Source of the DNA: Nageia nagi
Taxonomy: Eukaryota > Plantae > Pinophyta
NCBI GenBank assembly: GCA_050084985.1
Contig: JBITNC010000001.1
Coordinates: 130,262,001-130,326,000, forward strand
DNA length: 64,000 nucleotides
Direction: 5' to 3'
Positions 53,930-64,000 of the stretch are shown here, piece by piece (position 1 is the first letter of the stretch; every line of letters begins with the position of its first letter). Both the position numbers and the translations under genes were made by a program. The notes under the pieces are model-generated. The model did no database searches, was not told the DNA's origin, and saw only the letters and a program-made list of their open reading frames with translations.

Positions 53930-56900
53930 TGTAATATCCCTCCTTGAATGGATCCCTGGTTGAAACCATTCCTTATAACTCCTTGTTTATTATGAGTAAT
54001 AGTTAGAGATTATGTTGACATGTTATATTGATTATGAACTTACTTTGAAAAAATTTATAATGTCTTAGAGTGTTCATGGTCATAGGTGTTCTTAGATTAA
54101 CTTAAGATGACCACTAGCTTTGAGAGATATAGTAAGAGTGGGAAGTGATGGGCTTGACCTCCCATAACCCTTATAGGTAAATGAATCATGTAGGTATCAT
54201 GTACTTATGCATATATATAGTTTGCATTACATCAAAGTATGAAATTAACTTTAGAAACTAGGATCCCAAATCCTTGTGTTAGGTATTTAAATGATTATTT
54301 AGTCCTTGACTAATGATATGTTTATTGAGTCCACCTACATGCTAATAAGAAATGTAAATGTAGAAGAAGTAAATTTATTGGATAAGGTTGGAACTTGTCT
54401 CTTTGTTAATATTTATTATCTCCTTTTTTATGTACCTAGGAAAGGCCTAAAGGCAATAAGATTTTTAGGATTTAGTGGAGATTCTTCTCTTTGTCAAATA
54501 TTATAAATTATTAAACTATTTTTACTCCCAAGGAGGACCTTGGTGTGTGGGTTGTGATAAGTAATTTTATTAGGATTTGAGCAACTTGATTTAATAGAAT
54601 TCTCATGTGAAGAGGCATTTAAAATGGTACTTGTGATGAAGTGGATAAGATAGCATCATCAATATGTGTATGTTGGATAATGCATTTTTTACAAATATGA
54701 TATATTAAATGTTAATAATTAATACTTGTTTAATATATAATTATGATAGTAATATTGGTATAGGCGAATTGTTAAACATTAAATTATCTACCTTGATGAA
54801 TAATGTACCTCATGTTTATTAGTGAGAAATGTTTTAATTTAAGGGTTCTTATATGTGCCTTTTCATTAAAGTAAATAAATTAGCATTATAAATGTTAAAA
54901 TGATTTTGATGCATTAGTATAAGTTTAATTACATTGCATATGTAAAGTTGTTGCATTCGATTGCAAATATGAAATTATTTTCTTAAAGTGATGAATATGT
55001 ATAAGGATTACATATATTCATTTAAAATATGCATCTCATATGAAAGTGTTATCCCAATCCCAAAAAAATTATTGTATTAGAAATAACTAATAAGGGTATA
55101 TTGGTATGCAAAAATAAGCATGAAGAAAAGAAGACCATATGAACAAATGAAGATTATTTTATTAAAGAACATATTAGATATGCACTAGAGTTATGTAAAT
55201 TATAAATGTATTATTATTGTATAATTGAATTGTAATATTAGGAAGATGTAAAGAAACATAATTTATTTGATTACAATTATATTATGAATAATGTTACATG
55301 ATACTATTGATTATGAATTCTCAAATCTACTTATTTAAAGTAATGATAATCATATTTTATTATTGATATAATGAATCAATGAAGGGAGTGAAGGAAAGGT
55401 AAATTAAGGTTATATAATTTAATAATTGATTATGAAATAGAATCCATATGATTAATAGATTATATTTAAAATGAGTATAAGGGTAGTTCTATCATATCCT
55501 TGAATCTTAGTTGAAATCCTACTTAGTTTTTATACATATTGATAGATATTAGAGGATTGATATTAAACTATAAGTGATATGGTCTAGGATGGTAAAATGA
55601 TAATGTGGTGGTATATTATGAGAGAAATGGGTTGGCAAGAATCACCAACATCATTATCATGTAATTTGTTGATATGGGCTCTAAAGAATAACCAAACCTA
55701 TGATGTGCTTAAATTATCTTGGAATATATTTAAGGTGATATCAAAAATCACCCATAGTTATTTTAGTTTTATATTTTTGATAATTGATTTGATGAAACAC
55801 ATATTCAATTTACATTTAGAATTAATTAAGGTGTTCATCCAGATAAAATTGGTTAGTTAGTTTGATTCAAAATGGGTTATAGAGTAATTTCTAAAATAGG
55901 GGAAAACTAGCATTTAGTTTTTAGTTTAAAAATTATCTTCTAGAAAGATGTTCCTTAAATTAAGGCCAATTAAAGGGGATATATTTAACACTAATTATTA
56001 TCTTCAACATGCATAAAAATATATAAAAATAATTCATAATATTTTTCATATTGTTATGAATTTTTGTTATAATATCAAGTTGTCTTGCATGGTGGCCATG
56101 ACTAGTTTCTAAAGTTTTGAGTCATTTTAAAAGTTTGAGAATATCATATTTGTGGGTCATTAATAATGATTATGTTAGAATCAATTTATATGTATTGTAT
56201 TAATATTATAAAGTAGTTATACCACATTCTTCTTTAGATCATTTTGGCACTATTTTAGATGCAATTTTATGGTTGTAGTATTGGACAATTTCTTATTATA
56301 TTTGTATGATTCAAATAACATTTCTTTGCTTGGAACAAGTTTGGATCCAATGCTGAAAATTTAGGGAAGTTTTACTACCTTTTTAGATTACATTATCCTC
56401 ATGTTTGCAACCATATTTTGAAATAGTATTGTATCTTTATTGTATTAATTTTCTCATCAAATTTATTGTTATTAAAGATGTACTCTATGAGAGATAAGTA
56501 ACTATTTCTTTTCTAAAACTTGTTTATATTAAATAGTAAATAATATTGGACCAATTTTAAGTAAATATGTAGCTTCTTTGTTATCCATTTTATTTTAAAG
56601 CTAATTTGACTTATTGTTAATTTTTAGGTCTCTACTACTCAAGTTCTTTCATTAGGTATCAGATCCCTAGGGTTCTTTGTGAGTGTTTTGAATTTGTAGG
56701 TGTACTAAAGTAAGAGATGGATAATATTGTGATTCCAAATATTATTTATAGGATTTTTGGATCAAAATTTTGAAAAACTATTTTCTTACTATCATGGAAT
56801 AAAATATTGTAACTCTAAACATGCCTATTTCTAAAGGTGATAATTTTGAGTATTGGAGAGATCAAATATTGCTCCATAATATTGTAATAATTTACCCCAA

Positions 56901-59240
56901 TACCAAAATGAGACTTTTAAAGATGAAGGAAATATTGGTATATACAAGCCTTTTTCAATCTATAGATAGATATAGATCTTAACATCTATCTAAGGATAGT
57001 TTATTAAGAGAATGCCCATGAGGCATGTAATACCTTGGAGATATTGAATATGAAGGATATAAAAAGGTCAAAGTAGAAAAGATATCTCCATTAAGAAATA
57101 ATTTTGAAAATATAAATATGAGTGAAGATAAAAATATAGAAGATTATTATATCAATATAAATAATATAGTGACTAACATGAGAGTGTATAGAGAAATTAT
57201 GGAGGATAGTCTAGTTGTAAGAAAAATCATGAGATCCTTAACGTATAAGTAGATCCATACTATCATTACACTTAAAGAGTGTAAAGATAAGAACCAACTT
57301 AAAGTTAATAATTTGGTTGGATGTTTATTATCTCATGAAGAAAAAATGAGAATGTAAATCAAATGATTTAAGTCATCTACTTAAAACCAAAATATAGGTT
57401 TTCTAACCCAATTCAAAGACCTCAAATCAAAATATTAGGTCCTCTCATAAATCGTATGCAAAAGAGAAGAAATGAGAAAATTCAAAGGGAAATAAGAATT
57501 CATCAATTTTCACTATAATAAGAAACTAAAACACATGAGAAAATATTATAGAAAACTAACACTTAAGAACCAAGGATACTATAATAAATATGGTGATGTT
57601 AACAGAGCCTATCAAGTAGAGAATAATGAATACTATATGAATTATTATTTATATATGGATTAAATTAATAATAAAAGAATATTTTTTATTTTTAGATTCA
57701 ATATTTTCTAAACACATATCATGTTTGAAGGGAAAGTTTAACAAACTAGATAGCTCATTCATGCGCCAAATTCACTTGGAAGATGGAAAGGTGATCCAAT
57801 TTGAAGAAAAGATAAACATGCATAACACCATAAATCATGGAAAGAGTAATATTTATAATATTTACTTACTCCAATTTTGAGGCACAATCTCATTAATGTT
57901 GGGAAGCTTATTGAGAAGGGCTTCAAGTTACTTTTTGATGATAGAGAATGGTGGATATTAAATAATAAGTAAGGTGAAAAACTCATAGTAAATTCTATTT
58001 TATAAAGAAATATAATGTTTACTTAAATAATTAATATTATATATTATACTTATTATTTATCTACTATTGAAGATCTAGGCATTTTATGGAACTTAAGGTT
58101 GTGGCCATTTGAACATTAAAAGTTTATATGTTTTGTTTAAGATGTTGGATGGATTTATAAAGGTATAATATAAAGAAAAAGATGCATGCAAGGCATGTAT
58201 ATTACATGTAAAATATCATAGAGAAAAATTTCCAACCAAGAAATGAAGAGCTACCAACAAGTTGTAGTTGGTACATTCAGATTTATGTGGAAGCATATCT
58301 TATCCTAGTTTAGGCAAGAACTTATATTTCACTTACTTTATTGATGATGCTACAAGACTAATTTTTGTTTTATTTTTGAACACCAAATATAAATCATTCA
58401 AATAATTTAATACCTTTATATTTATGGATAAAAGAGAATCTAGTTTCTTCATTAAAAATTTAAGAATTAGTAGAGTTGGAGAATTTTATTCAAAAGAATT
58501 CCTTGATTTTGGCTTTTCACATGGAATCAAGAGGTGATTTATAGATTCATACATCCCATAAAAATGTTATTATAGAAAGGAATAATATGAATATTTTAGA
58601 TCCATTAAGAACCATGTTGGAGAATATAAAGTTGGAAAGGAAATTTTGGGATGAGATAGTGGAAACAACAATCTACATATTGAATATGAGTCCCAAAATC
58701 ACCATGAAGAATAAGACATTGTATGAAGCATAGTACGATAAGAATCCTAGAATTTTTTGATATTTATAATTTTTCCACATTCATAATGTTAAAATATATA
58801 AATTATACCCTAAAAGTGAGACTCACATTTTTATAGGATATTGCAAAGGTAGTAAGCTTCAAAATTTTTTCAATTATATTAGAATAAAAAATATTAATTA
58901 TAGGGATTTGAAATTATTTAAGAATGATATTTTTATTGACAATAAAAATAATATTTTATAAGTAATTAGTAAAGATGTGTGTAATTGTAATGGATAAGTG
59001 GAGGTTAATCATAGCCCTCCTCAGTTCCAAGTGTTATTGGTAGTAATACTAGCTCTTTCCAAGGGACTAGTTCAACATTTACTTCAATCAAAAGTAAAAA
59101 TAAGTGGTTTTTACTTCCACATCCAACCACTAAAATGTTGGATAAAAAATAAATATCAAGCTCATTTAGGTAGTAATTTTGAATATGTGGATGAATATTT
59201 TACTAACTATGAAGTGCATATCTTTACACATGTTTGACAA
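53930..59240 (+). mobile_element. Truncated Ty1/copia element (putative LTR ~53930-56651, PBS ~56655, gag-PR-INT; RT/RH missing)
   Basis: …CTTTCA ttaGGTATCAGA PBS; MPISKGDNFEYWR; YEGYKKVKVEKISPLRNNFE..M…VVRKIMRSL Gag; NLINVGKLIEKG; LVHSDLCG and FIDDATR integrase. LTR start uncertain and possibly composite. Confidence 0.8.
56821..58930 (+). pseudogene. gag-pol: Copia gag-protease-integrase pseudogene
   Basis: Motifs as above, in Copia order, heavily disrupted. Confidence 0.85.
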
Positions 59241-59326
59241 ATGATAACATTTCTAGTTTTAAAATAATTAAATCATTTAATTATGATCATATTTTTTCTT
59301 ATGTGTATGGGATTAATTAATCAAGT

Positions 59327-60052
59327 TGTTATAACTGAAATAATAATATTTAGGGTTATTTATAGAATATTAAGTTTACCAATTAACCATGAAATAATAG
59401 GAAATTGATGATATGAAAGATGATAATGAACTAATTACCTTGACCTATCAAAATTAGATTTAGGAAAAATACAAACTTGTACTTTACCAATGATGAAGAT
59501 CAAAGGTGATATCCAATCAATAGAGGATGAACTATGATATTATTTGAAATATGGAGCCACAAATCCAACCTCAACCTAACGCTAATGCTAGGAACCTAGC
59601 GCACCACCTAGTTATCATTATAGAACACCTTGCCCTTTGACTTGATGTCATCATCCCACATTCAATGTGTGAAATATCAATTTCAAATGGATGAAATATC
59701 ATAGGAGTGCCAAGCTCAGAGTATAACAAAATTGAAAGATAATAGGTGGTGTTAAGAAACACTAGTCAAGAATGACACAAGTATATTACCACCTATCAAT
59801 GATTCAGGATTATGTCATGTCATGAAATATCTTTGATCATCCATAACCTATCCACCTTTATAGGGAACAATTATAGTGCTCATGCTCCTCCTTAGGCTTA
59901 TTGTGATGTTGAGTTGATCTTTTACCACTAAACATAAAGGTAGATGAGAGTGCACATTTTAAAAAAAAAATTATTCAATAAATTAAATAAATTATTTTGA
60001 ATACCTAAAAGGGTATTTTAATTAAATTAAAATTCCTTTTTAAGTGTTAACA
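59327..60052 (-). mobile_element. Solo LTR (726 bp), same family as 52808-53525, inverted
   Basis: TGTTATAAC…GTTAACA termini; TSD CAAGT at 59322-59326 and 60053-60057. Confidence 0.92.
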
Positions 60053-60057
60053 CAAGT

Positions 60058-61990
60058 ACTTTCTTTATCAAAACTATCTAGAAAATATTATATCATGACA
60101 TATTTAGAAATTATGCATGTCCTTGTTGGGTGGACTCTAAATAACCATCATTGTTTTATGATTATGTACTTATTGTTTGGACTCTAAATAACCATCATTA
60201 TTTTATGATCATATCTTTGATGGTTGGGACTAAACTAAACATTGTTATGTTCACTTTTATGGTTGGGACTAAATTAACCATTGCTACATTCACTTTTTTG
60301 GTTGGGAGTAAACTAACTATTTCTTTGTTACCCTTTTTTGGTTGGGGAATAACTAACCATAACTATGATTGGTATTATGATCAACTTTGTTGATTGGGTT
60401 TAAACTATCCATCACTATGAGTGCTCTTTATGATCATGTATTTTGTACCCACAAATGGGGATAATTTTTTCTTCCATGATGGTGTGAATTTCATCTATTT
60501 ATGATCTTCTTTATTGGTTGGGATATTAACCATGACAATTTGCTTTATGACTATATCTTGCATCTAGGAATGGGGCATGTACTTCATGATGATGTTGGTG
60601 TACCTTATTATGATCTTGTATGTGTGAATCTATGAATGAGGCATTAGGTATTTATATGATGATTTATCTCTATGAATAGTATATTTCATACTTTCATGGT
60701 GATATGTGCCTATTATATTGATTTCATCCTTTCTTTTTATTGCTATATCATTTAAGATGAAATATTATGTATGAGTCCAAAAATGAGATTCTTGATTTTA
60801 CTATGACAATTTTATCCATGAATAAGGAATCAAGTGTTTCCATGATGATATCATGCACTTATGATGAGTATTACTCATCTTATCATTTTTACATCTTAAT
60901 GAGTTTATCATTACATATATGCTTAGAAGATGGTGTTTTTTATCTCTCCTTTTTCAAGTTAGTATTTTCTCTTGGTTGTTCCTATTGCATGGAGAGACAT
61001 TTCATCTCACAACCAAGGCAAACAAGGGATAACATGTATCATAAATCCTTGATGATTGGATAGTTTTACAATAAAACTAGGGAAGTATCAATTTTTTCTT
61101 CTCTTTCTTCTTTACATCCTTTGCAAGCATAATTTGATTACAAGAAATTTCATTCTCATTATATACTTGTAAAGGGTGATATCTATTAACACCTAATTTT
61201 GGCCCCCCTAAGGTGGCCCCTCTTAGGTGTTTTATTAGATAAATGTTATATTATATCATATATATGATTATATTTTATATTCACCCATTATGGAATATTA
61301 CTCATGTGGTGTCTTTCTATTCTTGTAGGTACCCTAGTAATGGTGCTAGCCTTAAGGTGTTCTATGGAGGAGTACACTTGCCTATAAGAGGGGGAATACC
61401 TCACATGGGTTCATTATTAGATCTCTTCATGATATGCCCATGCTTATTATCTTCCAATGTTTTCTTCAATACTACCTATTAGGATAGAGATTTGATTATA
61501 ATATGAGCACTGTCATTTTTTATTTTACTATTCTATGCAAGATAAAGTTTATCATTTATCATATTATTATTTAGATCTTAGTTGTAGACTCTAGTTATTG
61601 GAAGTTTAGCATCTACACTCTCCTTGATGTTAGTGATACCATTTGTGAGCTTAATGCCCTTGGTAGTATTCATGTTTATTATTTGCATGGAATTCACATA
61701 TCAAGATCACCTATCCATGATAACTTCTTGTCTGCATACCTCTTAGACTTCTATGTAAGGTGATAGGTATTTATCATTATCAAACCTCTTATCTCCTAAG
61801 GTTTATGTGGCATTAGGTTTGATCCAATAATTTGAATAGTTCATTTATACACTATTTCATTATTCAAGTATTTTATATTATTGTATTTTTTTATTTAGTT
61901 ATTTTGCACATTATTGCATATTATCACATGTGAATATTTTACATAGTTTCTACTTAGATTATCTTAGGATTCACTAAAAATGCTTCAACC
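60058..61990 (+). mobile_element. 3' remnant of an LTR retrotransposon: non-coding internal region, PPT-like ~61171-61179, LTR ~61184-61990
   Basis: AAAGGGTGA followed by TATTAACACC, the same start as the solo LTRs. Shares a gttttcttcaatactacctatt motif with them. Right end approximate. Confidence 0.6.
60124..60415 (+). repeat. Tandem array of ~7 units (39-50 bp), core GGTTGGGACTAAACTAACCAT
   Basis: Directly visible repeated core. Confidence 0.88.
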
Positions 61991-63479
61991 TCATCCTTCT
62001 TCTAAGTAGAATGATTGACCAATAATACTTTTGCAAGGAATCTTTGAATATGTACAAATTGATTTAACAAAGTAAAACTTTGACTATATATAGATTAACT
62101 CAATCTATCTGATAAGTTTTATATAATAATGATCTTCGTTTATAAATAAAACTCACTATATACATTTTTCCCAAAACAATCCTACCAGTTAATGTGAGGT
62201 GGATTATACATCTCTAATTGTTTGTAGGATTTTGGAAGAGAAATATTTGGTCCTGCATACCAAGATTTGTTGTGAAGCTTAGGTTTATTGGTTGATGAGA
62301 GAGACAAAACAAGAATAAGGTACATATATCTTTAATACTTTTCTTTCATTTTCCTCTATGATAAGTTAGATATACATATACACTTCCTCAACATGATATA
62401 AGTGTTTCTAAGATATTCATTTTACAAGAATAATCAATAGGGATCCACCAAATTCACCTTAAAAATGTTGTGGGAAATGTACCACTAAGCATGCCAAATT
62501 TATTTATTATTATGGTGTAATTGTATGTCATGAGGATACCACTGAACCAACATTGGATGGACTTTATTTGACCTCTAATTTATAGGTTGACTTTTGCTCC
62601 AATTAAGCAATAGACTATCCTCCATTTGGTAGGATGATCCATCTATCTAAGGTTAAAAGTTGCAAAAAAAGTAAAATAAAAATAGTAAATGAGTAGGATT
62701 TAAGAAAGAAAAAGGGGAGATTGGATCAAATCAAAACCATGGGGAAGTAATACCTAACATATAAAGCATTATATTCATGCAACCATCAACTTGCAACTAG
62801 CCAGCAAGGCTAAATGAGCTCAAACACTCAACCCCAACCATCATAAAAATAGGAAAAATATGTCACATGCAACCATTTAAGAGAACCAAAGCACAAGCAT
62901 TGAATCAAAATGGAAAAATAACCTATCTTGGTATTAGTATTGGAAATTATTTACACTTGAATGGGTAACCCACTTAAATACATTAATGAAACTGGTATTT
63001 ATAATACATGAGTGAGTCTATAAAATAAATGATAAGGAATCATAGTTATCTAACTTCTACATAAAGAAAATAAATCTAGCAATCATGGTCATACTATCTT
63101 CACAAATTAATTCATATGAATATGCTATTAATCCTGGTAAAAATTCAATTCCTAAGTAAAATTACAATATTTATAAGTAAACTTATTTGATAAATTTTAC
63201 AATACTGATTAGGTAGGTGAAATAACATTTTAGCTAAGTGAATACACGATTAAACTTTCCTTATTAATTATTCACCATGTTTCATTACATTAAATATTTG
63301 ATTTGTTAGTAATCTATCAACATCCATAATTTATGTTGACAACTATTATCACTTTCGAATTTCCAATGTACTCAAGCATTAATGTAACCTAGTACAAATA
63401 TCCTTTATTTATTAGTGATAACCTTATGCCATGTGGAATATGTTGATATCAACATGTAAGAACAAGCTCAAAAGAACAA

Positions 63480-63900
63480 TATTGTGAGAAGAAAGCCATT
63501 TTGGAGTTGGAGGAGCCCATACTCTATTAAAGGTCACCATTGATTCTTCTTAGATTTGGTATTGATAGAATATTGAAAACATCCTATAGCTATAGATATT
63601 TGTATTAATGTAGTTTTATTGGAAGCTTCATCAGTATTATGGGTAGATTTTATGAATGTCCTTCAACTACTCTTGTTGCACACTCCAATCTCTTTTTGCT
63701 ATAGTTGCATATTTATTGTATATGAAGAATGAGCATTTCTCGTGTTGAAGCAAAATTGGGATAATGGAAATCAACTACAAATTGACACTACATATAGATA
63801 GCCTCCATTACTTAATGATCTCGATTACAATGGGAAGTCTCAAGAATTAATATTTTATAACTTGATCACAAACCAATATTATCATACTATATATGCATTG
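63480..63900 (-). pseudogene. Possible highly decayed LINE ORF1 fragment
   Basis: Weak motif echo only (YPNFAS…TFIKS…IQISIAI…NQW*PLIEYG). Confidence 0.25.
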
Positions 63901-64000
63901 ATTACAAAATTAGAACTAATGATGTGTGTCTTAATGTATATGGTTACTTACCCCTAAATGATTAAGGATCAATATGAAAATATATACTAAGACTAAGATA

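Noticed and set aside
54306-55860. Short ORFs in AT-rich LTR-like DNA (also 6022, 13009, 19953, 25681, 51405, 60767)
   Set aside because: Ile/Leu/Phe-rich chance ORFs within LTR or UTR sequence.
52808-60052. ~720-bp inverted repeats flanking 5.8 kb, resembling a large TIR (Mutator/foldback) transposon
   Set aside because: Each repeat has TG/TA…CA ends and its own 5-bp TSD, so they are two independent solo LTRs.
60124-60415. Repeat-spacer pattern resembling a CRISPR array
   Set aside because: Plant TE context, degenerate repeats, spacers similar to each other, no cas genes.

Overview
This is AT-rich, CpG-depleted plant repeat DNA made almost entirely of nested retroelements. A large-genome gymnosperm origin is inferred from the element types and decay pattern. 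No host gene, RNA gene or CRISPR array could be supported. From left to right: (1) an old Ty3/gypsy chromovirus (<1 to ~26540). Its 5' LTR holds a young non-autonomous Copia-derived element (337-4582; 317-bp LTRs differing at 4 sites; GTTTC TSD) that encodes a half-Gag fused to a long unfamiliar tail and has no pol. Its 3' LTR holds two minus-strand L1 LINEs (12782-19586 and ~20023-25562). (2) Two decayed Tat/Ogre-type gypsy remnants in opposite orientations, separated by a probable large LTR. (3) A plus-strand L1 with RNase H (~42240-49595). (4) Two same-family solo LTRs, each with its own TSD, a truncated Copia, and the 3' end of a further LTR element. The main finding is that two divergent L1 LINEs each carry a decayed but homologous third ORF between ORF2 and the 3' end. 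It is absent from the ORF track and was found by hand translation through stops (motifs G.L..FI, (T/S)W...K(I/V), P(W), (Y/F)IT.D, NH(F/L)K). All translations and identities are by eye; no searches were run.
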